A stretch of DNA of 64,000 nt from Gammaproteobacteria bacterium (GTDB lineage: Bacteria > Pseudomonadota > Gammaproteobacteria > JABABF01), in contig OZ250153.1 in NCBI GenBank assembly GCA_965237805.1, positions 960,001-1,024,000 on the forward strand, read 5' to 3'. The notes beneath the pieces were generated by a model. The model was not told the DNA's origin. It saw only the letters and a list, made by a program, of their open reading frames with translations, and searched no databases. Below are positions 20,729 through 30,564 of this stretch, one piece after another; position 1 is the stretch's first letter; every line of letters begins with the position of its first letter. The translations under genes were made by a program, and so were the position numbers.

Positions 20729-22636
20729 ATGGCACTGGCGATATCGACTTTTAGCAAGGACACGGGTGGTGCCACCCTGTTTAAAGCCCTCGGCCACCCC
20801 TTGGCGGTCGACGCGGCGCTCAATGTGCGTGGGAAACTGTCTGCCGCCCGCCATCCCGTCGCCTACGACCCACACGGCGTACTGCCAGAATTCGATGCGC
20901 TCTACCCCTTGGGCGGTGCCGCCCCACGCCAGCTATTTGTGCAGGATATGGAACAGATCGGGCAGCGCCGCTCCGGCTGTGTGACCGAGGCAGTGACGGC
21001 GCTGCCTGACAGCGGGGCAGATTTGCTGTTTGTCCCCAGCTTCGATAGCAAAGCGGAGCTGGCGGCGATCGGCCAGCGACTGCCCAGCGACTGCGCAGTG
21101 GTGACACTGGATTCCCTGCGCCTGCCAGAGCGGATGCTGAGCGACCCGAGCAACTACCTGTCGCCGATCAATTTTGCCACCAACCTGCTGTGGTTCCGCG
21201 ACGGTGATGGCGGCCATATGCGCCTGAACACAGTCAATTACTGGGGTCTGTACGGTGCCGAGCGCACTTGGCTCTGGTGCCGTCTATTCGATGCCGACGG
21301 CGCGGTGTTGGCCGAATTCGAACAAGCCGCCGGACCGACTGGAGCGAGCATCATCATCGACAGCCAAGCCGTGCGCAAAAGGCATCGACTCGGCGATTTC
21401 TGTGGACAGATCTTGATCCATGTGGTCGGTGCCGCTGGCCACGATATCGTCAAATACACGCTGGATGAATACGGTGACGAGACCGGGCGGCTGTCCTGCA
21501 CCCACGACGCCAATGCGTGGCCCGCCATGCGCTACGCTGGCCTGCCAGCACCCCGAGCGGGGGAACGCCTGTTGCTGTGGGTGCAAAATGCGCATCCGAC
21601 ACCCATCCCAAGCGGCGCAATAGGCTGCAACCGGATGGGGCGGGACGACGACATCCGTCACTACAACGAAGAGATTCCACCCTTTGGCACCCGCGCCATC
21701 GATGTCGGCGAGCTGTGGAGCGAGCTGTGTTGGCCGCAGCAACTGGAAGTGCGGGCGGGTCGCCATGTCGTGCGTCCGCGCTACGAGTTGTTGCAACGAG
21801 AGTCCCACCGCCGCCACTGCAGCCACATCAATATCGAACGCGATGACCTGAGCGCCAATGTGCGGCGCGACACATTGACACGCTGGGCCGGCAAGGGCTA
21901 TCTGCTACCGGCACCCGTGTTGCCGACGACCGAATTCCAAAGTGAATGCCTCCCCACGCCCATGTCACTAGCACAGCACGAGTTGCCGTTGCGGGCACTG
22001 GTCTACGACAGCGGCGGGCAGCTGGTGGCCGAGCACTCCCTCGGACGGCTACCGCGCGACCATGCCGCCACACTGGATTTGGGGGGCTTGGCCAGCGATG
22101 CCCTCGCCGAGGCTTGCGGCCATGTCGAGCTGTGCTATGAGCCGGCGCTGGACGGGGATGTCGACGGCTGGCTACACGCCTTGTTCCGCTACACACTGCG
22201 TGCCAGCAACCACGTGGCCGAAACCAGTTTTGGGGCGCATCTGTTCAACCACCCCTTGGTCTACCGCGATGAACCGCAGTCCTATCGCGGCCCAGCACCC
22301 GGCTTGACGACGCGGCTCTACCTGCGCCTCGCCCCGGCACCCGCACAGACTTTTTGCCAACTGATCTACCCCATCAGCGAGCGATGGCATGATCACAGCG
22401 CCACCGCGCTGTCGCTGTTCGACGGCGGTGGCCATGAGGTGGCCCGCCATTCCCTACAGATCCCCGCCAGTGGTTCAGCGCTGCTCTGTATGGCGCAGCT
22501 ATTCGATGACGATCAGCGGCGGGCGGCGGGCGACCGGGCTTGGCTGCAGGTGCGGGACACCAGCTGCCGACTGTTTGGTTATCAATGGACGCGTGCGGGC
22601 GATGCCTTCGCCTTGGATCACCTGTTCGGCTTTTGA
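20729..22636 (+). CDS. Hypothetical protein, 635 aa
   Basis: Long ORF with host-like codon usage, starting 33 bp after grxD. No family recognised with certainty. Confidence 0.8.
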   Translation: MALAISTFSKDTGGATLFKALGHPLAVDAALNVRGKLSAARHPVAYDPHGVLPEFDALYPLGGAAPRQLFVQDMEQIGQRRSGCVTEAVTALPDSGADLLFVPSFDSKAELAAIGQRLPSDCAVVTLDSLRLPERMLSDPSNYLSPINFATNLLWFRDGDGGHMRLNTVNYWGLYGAERTWLWCRLFDADGAVLAEFEQAAGPTGASIIIDSQAVRKRHRLGDFCGQILIHVVGAAGHDIVKYTLDEYGDETGRLSCTHDANAWPAMRYAGLPAPRAGERLLLWVQNAHPTPIPSGAIGCNRMGRDDDIRHYNEEIPPFGTRAIDVGELWSELCWPQQLEVRAGRHVVRPRYELLQRESHRRHCSHINIERDDLSANVRRDTLTRWAGKGYLLPAPVLPTTEFQSECLPTPMSLAQHELPLRALVYDSGGQLVAEHSLGRLPRDHAATLDLGGLASDALAEACGHVELCYEPALDGDVDGWLHALFRYTLRASNHVAETSFGAHLFNHPLVYRDEPQSYRGPAPGLTTRLYLRLAPAPAQTFCQLIYPISERWHDHSATALSLFDGGGHEVARHSLQIPASGSALLCMAQLFDDDQRRAAGDRAWLQVRDTSCRLFGYQWTRAGDAFALDHLFGF

Positions 22637-22793
22637 TGCTGGCCGGACGATCTGTTTTGAGTCGAGAACTGGCCGTTCTATAATGATGGCCGCGGGCGAA
22701 AACGGTATGTGCCGATATTGGTCATAGTCGTTCTGGCCTAGCGACCAGCGCCTCGGCGCTCAGACCCGCCGCCTCTCTGCCAAGCTCTGACTG

Positions 22794-23804
22794 ATGGTGC
22801 AGCTCGCAAAGACTGCCAAGCCCAAGATCTTGGGCATCAGCGAGGACAAAATGGGCATGTCGGTTCAGGTGGAGGGCTTGGCGAATGCCGTGGCCACCGT
22901 GGCCGGAGGCATCGCCCACCACAGCTCCTTGCCCCCGCTACCGTTGCACCAACGTGCGCCCCTGCTACGGCGCTGGATGCAGCAGCCCAAAGCGCTGATC
23001 GCCGAGCACTCCGACGCGACGATGATCGTCGGCTGCGGCAATGCGGTGGCACCCCTTGTGCAGGCCTTCGGGGCGGCGACTGGCGCGTTCACCGTGTGGA
23101 TCCAGCGGCCACCGCCAGACGTGAAAAAATTCGATTCGGTGGTTGTTCCGCAACACGATCAAATGGTGGGGGACGACGTGCTGAGCACCATCGGCGCGGT
23201 GAACGCGCTATTGCCTGAGGAACTTGCCGACCGCGAAAAAGTGGCACCGCACACGCTGCGGAAGTTGGCGCATCCACGCCTGCTACTATTGATCGGCGGT
23301 TCCAATCGTGCCTATGCGATGAATGCCGCTGTATGCGAGGCGCTGGTAGGGGAGTGCGTCCGGGCAGTGCGCCGAATCGGCGGCTCGCTAATGATCACGA
23401 GTTCCCGGCGCACAGATCCACAAAGCAGCGCCTACCTGCGAGGCATCCAAGCACCGGACATCTACCAGTGGCACCAAGGTGACTCAGGTGACAACCCCTA
23501 TTTGGATTTCTTGGCCTTGGCCGATGTCGCCGCTGTCACCGTGGACTCGGTGAACATGATCAGCGAGGCCAGTACCGCCCAATTACCCGTGCTGCTGTTG
23601 CCCCTGCCAACCGTCCGCGGCAAGCGGGGTGCCTCGGCACATCGCCGCATCGCCGCCTTTCACCAAAACATGCAAGAGCGCGATTTGGCGCGCCCTTGGC
23701 TGGGGTGGATGGAGCGCTGGGATGTGCCCGGCCTCAATGAGACCAAGCGGGCAGCAGAATGGGTGTGGCGACGCTATCTAGGATCACCAAAGCGGAGCGA
23801 TTAG
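22794..23804 (+). CDS. ELM1/GtrOC1-family putative glycosyltransferase
   Basis: FDSVVVPQHD, LLIGGS, ITSSRRT, NPYLDFLALAD, DSVNMISEA and LNETKRAA. Confidence 0.8.
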   Translation: MVQLAKTAKPKILGISEDKMGMSVQVEGLANAVATVAGGIAHHSSLPPLPLHQRAPLLRRWMQQPKALIAEHSDATMIVGCGNAVAPLVQAFGAATGAFTVWIQRPPPDVKKFDSVVVPQHDQMVGDDVLSTIGAVNALLPEELADREKVAPHTLRKLAHPRLLLLIGGSNRAYAMNAAVCEALVGECVRAVRRIGGSLMITSSRRTDPQSSAYLRGIQAPDIYQWHQGDSGDNPYLDFLALADVAAVTVDSVNMISEASTAQLPVLLLPLPTVRGKRGASAHRRIAAFHQNMQERDLARPWLGWMERWDVPGLNETKRAAEWVWRRYLGSPKRSD

Positions 23805-23806
23805 AC

Positions 23807-23827
23807 ACCCCCCACCCCCCACCCCCC
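23807..23827. repeat. (ACCCCCC)x3 simple repeat between convergent genes
   Basis: Read directly; the minus strand is G6-T-G6-T-G6. Confidence 0.9.
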
Positions 23828-23839
23828 GGTCCGCCGCCT

Positions 23840-24289
23840 TCAATCATCCTTGTAGAAGTCTTCTTCGCTGTAGTTGGCGAGACGCTCCAGCCACCATTGC
23901 GGCGCATTGCCCATCAGGGTCTGGAGATCAAAATAATCACTCCAGCGCGTGATCTTGCCATCCTCGACCCGCTGCATTGAGACAAAAGGCAGGGAGACGA
24001 CCTCGCCAGTGTGGAAATGCCAGTCCTCAACGTGCTCGGTGACCACATTGCCGCCCTCGTCGGAGACGATGGTCTTCAGATGGTGCACATGGTCATCGAT
24101 GACCTCCAGACCAATTTTGAGGCGCTTAGCGATGGCCTTCGGCCCGCGGGCACCATTGTCTGGAGCCGGGACATCCTCGTAGAGGGCATCCTCGGAGAAA
24201 AAGGCCCCGACGGCATCGTAATCCCGCTCCCCGTAAAGCGTGTTCCAGAAACGGATGATGAGTTCTTTGTTCTGTTCTGCGACGCTCAT
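23840..24289 (-). CDS. NTF2/SnoaL protein (limonene-epoxide-hydrolase-like)
   Basis: DALYEDVP, VVTEHVEDW, LPFVS and DGKITRWSDYFD. ATG at 24289. Confidence 0.8.
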   Translation of the reverse strand: MSVAEQNKELIIRFWNTLYGERDYDAVGAFFSEDALYEDVPAPDNGARGPKAIAKRLKIGLEVIDDHVHHLKTIVSDEGGNVVTEHVEDWHFHTGEVVSLPFVSMQRVEDGKITRWSDYFDLQTLMGNAPQWWLERLANYSEEDFYKDD

Positions 24290-24435
24290 GATGTCCTCAT
24301 GTTGAGCAGATTCCAAATCGTATTCTAGAGCATGATGCCAGCCAAGCCCCCGCACGATGGCACCGTATAATCTGGCGGTGAGTTGCTCGGAGCAGCAGAA
24401 GCCACTCCGCCCACCAGCTGCCGTGTATCGCTCCA

Positions 24436-25092
24436 TTGACTGATCCCACCCTGACCCTAGTCATCGGCAACTACAACTACTCGTCGTGGTCCCTGCGGCC
24501 TTGGTTCTTCCTGCGCCAAGCTGGCATCCCTTTCCAGACCGAGCGTATCCCGCTCAATTGCCCTGCCAGTGAGCAGGCGCTGGCGGTGTTGCCCTCCAAC
24601 CACACAGTGCCGATACTGCGCGACGGCGCGCTGGAAGTGTGGGACTCGCTGGCTATCCTCGAACACATCGCCGAGCGCCACCCCGAGGCGCGGGCTTGGC
24701 CGACCGAGCCCGAGAAGCGCGCGCTGGCGCGCTCGGTCGCCGCCGAGATGCATGCCTCTTTTCACCGCCTGCGCCGCCAGCTGCCGATGAATTGCCGCCG
24801 TGCGCCGTGCGCCGTGCCACTCAGCCCAGAGGTCGAGGCCGATGTGCAGCGTATCCGCTCTATCTGGCGCAGCTGCCTTGAGCGTTGCGATGGCGATTGG
24901 TTGTGCGGCGATTTCAGCATCGCCGATGCGATGTACGCCCCGGTGGCCTCACGCTTTCACAGCTACGATGTGGTACTGGACGCGAGGAGCCGCGCCTGGG
25001 TCGATCGGGTGCTGGCCCTGCCGGCAATGCGGCAATGGTACGCCGCCGCCCATGCCGAAAGCGAGCGCATCGAGCTATTTGAGCGGCCCTGA
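24436..25092 (+). CDS. Glutathione S-transferase family protein
   Basis: NYSSWSLRPW, VPIL, WDSLAILE, AEMHA.F and FSIADAMYAPV. Confidence 0.9.
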   Translation: MTDPTLTLVIGNYNYSSWSLRPWFFLRQAGIPFQTERIPLNCPASEQALAVLPSNHTVPILRDGALEVWDSLAILEHIAERHPEARAWPTEPEKRALARSVAAEMHASFHRLRRQLPMNCRRAPCAVPLSPEVEADVQRIRSIWRSCLERCDGDWLCGDFSIADAMYAPVASRFHSYDVVLDARSRAWVDRVLALPAMRQWYAAAHAESERIELFERP

Positions 25093-25160
25093 GATCACCG
25101 CAGGGTGATCGGCGCTGGGCCGATGGCATGGTAGCGCCAACGCCCGGTCGCTCGGCTGGG

Positions 25161-26294
25161 CTAGAGCGATGGCGGCGACGGCCGCAAGGCCCAAGTCTCG
25201 CCTAGGGCCAGCGCACGGAACGCATCGGCTGGCAGTTCAGCGGCGGCTGCGGCGCTGGCCAAGTCGCGGGGCGGGGCATCGATCGCCTCGCCGGATAGTT
25301 GGAAGGTGCCCCAATGGATGCCAATGGCACGCCGGGCACCGATGTCTTGGAAGATCTGCACCGCATCTGCCGGATCGACATGCATCGCCTGCATGAATTG
25401 GCGCGGCAGATAGACCCCGATGGGAATCAGCGCCAAATCCGGTGCCACGAGGCGCTCGGCGATGGTGCGGAACAGGGAGTCGTCATAGCCGGTGTCACCG
25501 CCGAACCACAGTGTGAAATCATCGATGCGCACATGCCATGAGCTCCACAGGCGCCGGTTGCGATCCCGTAGCCAGCGTCCGCCCCAATGCTGCGCTGGCG
25601 TCGCCACCGCCGTCACTTCGGCCTCACCCTGCTGGTGGCGGCTCTGCTGCCACCAGTCCAGCTCGACGATGCGCTCCGCCGCGATCCCCGCTTGACGCAG
25701 CCAGTCAGCAATGCCTAGCGGCACCAGCCACAACGGCGTATCGCCGAGGGCCCGCACCGTCTTCAAATCCAGATGATCGTAGTGGTCGTGGGAGATCAAC
25801 ACGAAGTGCGGTGCTGGCAACTCCCGCAGCGGTGCGGGCGGCGGAAAAGTGCGCTTGGGGCCGAGGAAAGGCAGGGGCGAGCAGCGCTCTGAGAACATCG
25901 GATCGGTCATCAGGTTGACACTCCGGTACTGCACCAGCACCGTGGAGTGCCCGAGCCAAGTCGCCTGCGGGGCCTCACCCGGGGTGGCCAGTGCGACGGG
26001 ATCCAAGTCGTGGCGCGGTAGCAGATGCTCTTGACCCTCCCAACTGGAGAATTTGCTACGCTCCCGCCGCCATGCCTTAGCACCGTCCCACAGCCGTCGC
26101 CGGGAATCCGGCCCGGACAGCTGGATGGCACCGGAGTCGGGGTCGTATTGATGCAGGTTGCGAAAGCCGCCCTCTGCTCGATGGTGCGCTGGCGCAGCAT
26201 CCGCAGCGCCCTCTGCAGCGCTCATCACAGCTGGCACCGACAGCGCGACCAGCAGACACAAGACCAGCGGCAACTGCCCGCGCTCAGGTGGCAT
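25161..26294 (-). CDS. Exported MBL-fold hydrolase (NAPE-PLD/RomA-like)
   Basis: TWLGHST, TDPMFS, SHDHYDHLD, FGGDTGY and IHWGTF. Signal-like N-terminus from ATG 26294. Confidence 0.85.
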   Translation of the reverse strand: MPPERGQLPLVLCLLVALSVPAVMSAAEGAADAAPAHHRAEGGFRNLHQYDPDSGAIQLSGPDSRRRLWDGAKAWRRERSKFSSWEGQEHLLPRHDLDPVALATPGEAPQATWLGHSTVLVQYRSVNLMTDPMFSERCSPLPFLGPKRTFPPPAPLRELPAPHFVLISHDHYDHLDLKTVRALGDTPLWLVPLGIADWLRQAGIAAERIVELDWWQQSRHQQGEAEVTAVATPAQHWGGRWLRDRNRRLWSSWHVRIDDFTLWFGGDTGYDDSLFRTIAERLVAPDLALIPIGVYLPRQFMQAMHVDPADAVQIFQDIGARRAIGIHWGTFQLSGEAIDAPPRDLASAAAAAELPADAFRALALGETWALRPSPPSL

Positions 26295-26411
26295 CGCCGA
26301 CAACACAGCGCTGCCGAGAGGGCATACATCGAGCACTTTGAGCGACCCTGAGACAGCTGAGGACTCCCTCCTGATCCGGCTGAACTGAGTGGCCATCCGC
26401 TCGGGATCGGC

Positions 26412-26603
26412 CTAGTGTGCCAGCGCGGCATCGGCACCATCCGCTGCGAGATCCATGGATAGCGCCGACAGCGTGGCCGACAGGCACAGCGGCAACTGCC
26501 AACACACAGGCGCAGTCGGGATCGGCTGCAAGAAACACACCGCCGCGAAACTCTGCGGCTTTGATGCTGGCACGGTACCGTCGATGGATGCCGTAGCGCT
26601 CAT
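26412..26603 (-). CDS. Possible 63-aa small protein coupled to pyrC
   Basis: Its ATG overlaps the pyrC TGA (ATGA). No recognisable motif. Confidence 0.3.
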   Translation of the reverse strand: MSATASIDGTVPASKPQSFAAVCFLQPIPTAPVCWQLPLCLSATLSALSMDLAADGADAALAH

Positions 26604-27637
26604 GCCACCTCCGCCCGCCACGCCAGCTCCTCGCCAGCCGCCAACGGCACCAGCTCCTCGCCAGCCATATCCAAACTCTTCGGCAGCTGCCAGCTGCGGC
26701 GGTGCAGCTCGATGTACCCGGTATTCAACGGCAGGCCGTAGAAGTCGGCCCCGCGACGACTGGCGAAATCCTCGAGCTGATCCAAAGCTCCGGCCTGCTC
26801 AAAGACAGTGGCGTAAAACTCCAATGCCGCTGGTGCGGTATAACAGCCCGCGCAACCGCAGGCCGCCTCTTTATCGCCACGGCGGTGCGGTGCCGAGTCG
26901 GTGCCAAGGAAAAAGCGCCGATCGCTACCAGTGGCGGCGGCGACCAGCGCCTGACGATCGCTTTCGCGCTGGAGCAAGGGGCGGCAGAAGTAGTGCGCTC
27001 GCAAACCGTCGCCGAGCAGCGCATTGCGGTTGTGCAACAGGTGATGCGCCGTGATGGTGGCCGCCAGTGTCGGCGGACCGGCGCGCACAAAGTCCACAGC
27101 ATAGGCTGTGGAAATATGCTCGACGACGACACGCAGAGCCGGGAAACGGCTCATCGCCGGTGCCAGCTCCCGCTCGATGAAATGCTGCTCGCGATCGAAG
27201 GCATCGAGCGTCGGATCCGGCGACTCAGCGTGCACCGACAGCACCAACCCGACCTCCTGCATCGCCTCAAGCACCGGATAGACATCCTCGGCGCGGCGCA
27301 CGCCAGCGTCGGCACCGGTGGTGACGCCAGCGGGATACCATTTGATCGCTTGGATCAGGCCGCTCTCGCGGGCGGTCGCAATCTCCGCCACCGAGCTCTG
27401 CGCGCTGAGGTAGAGCGTCATCAGCGGCTCGAAATCGCAGCCGTTCGCGGCTTCCAAGATGCGTGTTCGGTAAGCGCGTGCCAGCGCCGTCGTCGTCACC
27501 GGCTGCTCTAAATTCGGCATCACCAGCGCGCGGGCAAAACAGCGGGCGGCATCGGGCACCGTACGATTCAAAGCCGCTCCATCGCGCAAGTGCACATGCC
27601 AATCGTCCGGGCAGATCATGTGGAGGACATTGCTCAT
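26600..27637 (-). CDS. pyrC: Dihydroorotase, homodimeric type
   Basis: [28 protein letters not shown] and FLGTDSAPH. Confidence 0.95.
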   Translation of the reverse strand: MSNVLHMICPDDWHVHLRDGAALNRTVPDAARCFARALVMPNLEQPVTTTALARAYRTRILEAANGCDFEPLMTLYLSAQSSVAEIATARESGLIQAIKWYPAGVTTGADAGVRRAEDVYPVLEAMQEVGLVLSVHAESPDPTLDAFDREQHFIERELAPAMSRFPALRVVVEHISTAYAVDFVRAGPPTLAATITAHHLLHNRNALLGDGLRAHYFCRPLLQRESDRQALVAAATGSDRRFFLGTDSAPHRRGDKEAACGCAGCYTAPAALEFYATVFEQAGALDQLEDFASRRGADFYGLPLNTGYIELHRRSWQLPKSLDMAGEELVPLAAGEELAWRAEVA

Positions 27638-27726
27638 GGCAGGGCAGATTACCATATAGCCCAAGCTGGCTGACGCACAGCGTGATGTCGCCGCTTGTTA
27701 GTCCTCCATCTACCCCCGCAACACAG

Positions 27727-28944
27727 ATGTCCACAAAGCCCCCACGCAAAGTCGTTCTGGCCTATTCCGGTGGCTTGGACACCGCCGTGATTCTGCGTTG
27801 GCTACAACGGGAATACGGTGCCGAGGTCATCACCTTCACCGCCGACATCGGGCAGGGCGAGGAAACCGAGGATGCCCGCCGCCGGGCGCAAGCAATGGGC
27901 GTGGAGCGCATCCATGTCAAGGATCTGCGCGAGGAGTTCTGCCGTGATTTCGTGTTTCCAATGCTGCGCGCCAACGCCTTGTACGAGGGCGAGTACCTGC
28001 TCGGCACCGCCATCGCGCGCCCCCTAATCGCACGCCATTTGGTCGAAATTGCTCGCGCTGAGGGTGCCGATGCCATCGCCCACGGTGCCACCGGCAAGGG
28101 CAACGACCAAGTGCGCTTCGAGTTGGGGGTGGCGGCGCTGGCACCAGATCTGCACGTGGTGGCACCGTGGCGCGAGTGGGGCATCCGCTCCCGCCAGCAG
28201 CTGTTGGACTACTGCGCCCAGCACGATATCACCGTCAAGACGCGCCCAGCTGGCAAAGCACCGTACTCGATGGATGCCAACCTGCTGCACGTGTCCTATG
28301 AGGGCGGCGAGCTGGAAGACCCGTGGCAGCCGCCGCCGGAGCAGATGTGGCGACGGACCAAGGCACCGGAGCAGGCACCGGAGCAAGCGCTGGAGCTGGA
28401 AATTGAATTCGAGGGCGGCGACCCAGTGGCGGTGGCGGGCGAGCGGGCGAGCCCGGCCACCCTGTTAGAGCGCCTCAACCAGTTGGGTGGCGAACACGGT
28501 ATCGGCCGCGCCGACTTGGTGGAAAACCGCTATGTGGGCATCAAATCGCGCGGCTGCTACGAGACTCCGGGGGGCACCCTGTTACTGCGTGCGCGGCGTG
28601 CGATCGAATCGCTGACACTGGACCGCCAGGCGGCACATCTCAAAGACGAGCTGATGCCACGCTACGCCGAGTTGATCTACAACGGCTACTGGTGGTCACC
28701 AGAGCGGCGCATGCTACAGGCGGCGATCGACGCATCACAGGAAGGGGTCGACGGCAGCGTGCGCCTGCGGCTCTATCGGGGCGGCGTGCAAGTGATCGGT
28801 CGCCGCTCCCAGAATGGCCTCTACGATGAGCGGCTGGCTACTTTTGGCGATGACCGAGACGGCTACGACCAGCGCGATGCTGGCGGCTTCATCCGGCTGT
28901 CCGGTCTGCGCCTGCGCTCGGCGGCTCGACGCGGCGAGCGCTGA
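27727..28944 (+). CDS. argG: Argininosuccinate synthase
   Basis: [32 protein letters not shown] and [11 protein letters not shown]. Confidence 0.97.
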   Translation: MSTKPPRKVVLAYSGGLDTAVILRWLQREYGAEVITFTADIGQGEETEDARRRAQAMGVERIHVKDLREEFCRDFVFPMLRANALYEGEYLLGTAIARPLIARHLVEIARAEGADAIAHGATGKGNDQVRFELGVAALAPDLHVVAPWREWGIRSRQQLLDYCAQHDITVKTRPAGKAPYSMDANLLHVSYEGGELEDPWQPPPEQMWRRTKAPEQAPEQALELEIEFEGGDPVAVAGERASPATLLERLNQLGGEHGIGRADLVENRYVGIKSRGCYETPGGTLLLRARRAIESLTLDRQAAHLKDELMPRYAELIYNGYWWSPERRMLQAAIDASQEGVDGSVRLRLYRGGVQVIGRRSQNGLYDERLATFGDDRDGYDQRDAGGFIRLSGLRLRSAARRGER

Positions 28945-28997
28945 TCACGCGCACCCCCACGGGTAGACATTCGGGCAGCTGTGACCCAACGCGATCA

Positions 28998-29026
28998 TTG
29001 ACACCGTCTGCACCCTGTAGTAATCT
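28998..29026 (+). promoter_or_regulatory. Sigma70 promoter for the kshA-kshA-hsaC-SDR cluster
   Basis: TTGACA (28998-29003), N17, TAATCT (29021-29026), followed by a leader hairpin at 29036-29068. Confidence 0.6.
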
Positions 29027-29121
29027 GAAATTGTGCAGTTGGCTTGCCATAGCGTGGCAACCGAACTGGGATTGCCAGCCACATTGACTGGTGCGTAGCG
29101 AGATGAGGAAAGCAAGCAACC

Positions 29122-30156
29122 ATGGCCAGAAACCGAGAACCCCGCCGCATCATCGCGGCTCCCATCGAAGAGCGTTACGCACGCGGTTGGCATTGCCTCG
29201 GGCTCGCCTCGGACTACACCGAAACCCCCAAGCTGCTCAAGAACTTCGGCACCGAGCTCGCGGTCTACCGGGGCGAGGACGGCCAAGTGCACATCCTCGA
29301 TGCCTTCTGCCCGCATATGGGCGGCAATCTGTCGCTGGGTGAGGTCTGCGGCAACTCGCTGGTCTGCCCTTTCCACCACTGGAGCTGGGGGGCGGACGGG
29401 GTCTGCGACAACATCCCCTACGCCAAGAAGATCCCACCGGAAGCGGTGATCCGCTCGTGGCCAGCGGTGGAGGAGAACAAGCTGCTGTTCGTCTGGCACG
29501 ACCACGAGGGCAATCCGCCCCTCCCCGAGCAGAAAATTGAACGCATCGAGGATTGTTTTTCAGACGATTGGACTGACTGGCAGGTGGGGCATCAGGTCAT
29601 CCACACCAACTGCCGCGAGCTGATCGACAACATGGGGGATGCCGCCCACTTCGGCCCGGTGCACGGTGCGCCCTGCAATGGCTTCACCAACACCGCCGAC
29701 GGCCACAAATACACCCAAATGATGAAGGGTAGCAGCGAGAGCCTGTCCGAGGGGGAGCTGGTTAGCACGGCCATCTACTACGGTCCGGCCTACATGAACA
29801 CCTATATGACCGGTCAGCTCCGCGGTGTTGAGATAGCCTCACGGCTGTTGGTGACCCATGTGCCGATCGATGTCGACAGCTTCGATCTGCGTTTCGGTGT
29901 CATCGTCAAAAAAATCTCGGGTGGGAGCGATGCCGAAAACGAGGCGATGGCACAGCAATATGTCGATCTGAATAATATTGCCTTTGGCCAAGATGTCGAT
30001 ATCTGGCACACCAAACGGCGTGTCGACAACCCGGTGCTGTGCGACGGCGACGGCCCGATCCACATGGTGCGCAAGTGGTATAGCCAGTTCTACATGGACA
30101 TCGACAAGGTGCCCAAGGCGCTACAGAGCAAAAAGGAATTCGTGCTAGACATCTAG
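29122..30156 (+). CDS. kshA: Rieske oxygenase, 3-ketosteroid 9alpha-hydroxylase-like (copy 1)
   Basis: RYARGWHCLG, Rieske CPH..CPFH, CRELIDN.GDAAHF..VH, QDVDIW and NPVLCDGDGPI..RKWY. Confidence 0.85.
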   Translation: MARNREPRRIIAAPIEERYARGWHCLGLASDYTETPKLLKNFGTELAVYRGEDGQVHILDAFCPHMGGNLSLGEVCGNSLVCPFHHWSWGADGVCDNIPYAKKIPPEAVIRSWPAVEENKLLFVWHDHEGNPPLPEQKIERIEDCFSDDWTDWQVGHQVIHTNCRELIDNMGDAAHFGPVHGAPCNGFTNTADGHKYTQMMKGSSESLSEGELVSTAIYYGPAYMNTYMTGQLRGVEIASRLLVTHVPIDVDSFDLRFGVIVKKISGGSDAENEAMAQQYVDLNNIAFGQDVDIWHTKRRVDNPVLCDGDGPIHMVRKWYSQFYMDIDKVPKALQSKKEFVLDI

Positions 30157-30564
30157 CGCCCGCTTGGGGCCCGGGAACAGCCTTGGCGGCGCGGCGTGCG
30201 GCAAAACACGGGGAAAGCAAGTCATGGCCCGGAACCGAGAACCCCGCCGCATCATCGCAGCTCCCATCGAAGAGCGTTACGCACGCGGTTGGCATTGCCT
30301 CGGGCTCGCCTCGGACCACACCGAAACCCCCAAGCTGCTCAAGAACTTCGGCACCGAGCTCGCGGTCTACCGGGGCGAGGACGGCCAAGTGCACATCCTC
30401 GATGCCTTCTGCCCGCATATGGGCGGCAATCTGTCGCTGGGTGAGGTCTGCGGCAACTCGCTGGTCTGCCCTTTCCACCACTGGAGCTGGGGGGCGGACG
30501 GGGTCTGCGACAACATCCCCTACGCCAAGAAGATCCCACCGGAAGCGGTGATCCGCTCGTGGCC
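29216..30564 (+). repeat. Identical 247-bp block shared by the two kshA copies (29216-29462 = 30318-30564)
   Basis: Compared base by base by eye; offset 1102 bp. Confidence 0.85.

Noticed and set aside
26622-26666. 17-bp direct repeat CCAGCTCCTCGCCAGCC
   Set aside because: It simply encodes AGEEL twice at the PyrC C-terminus.
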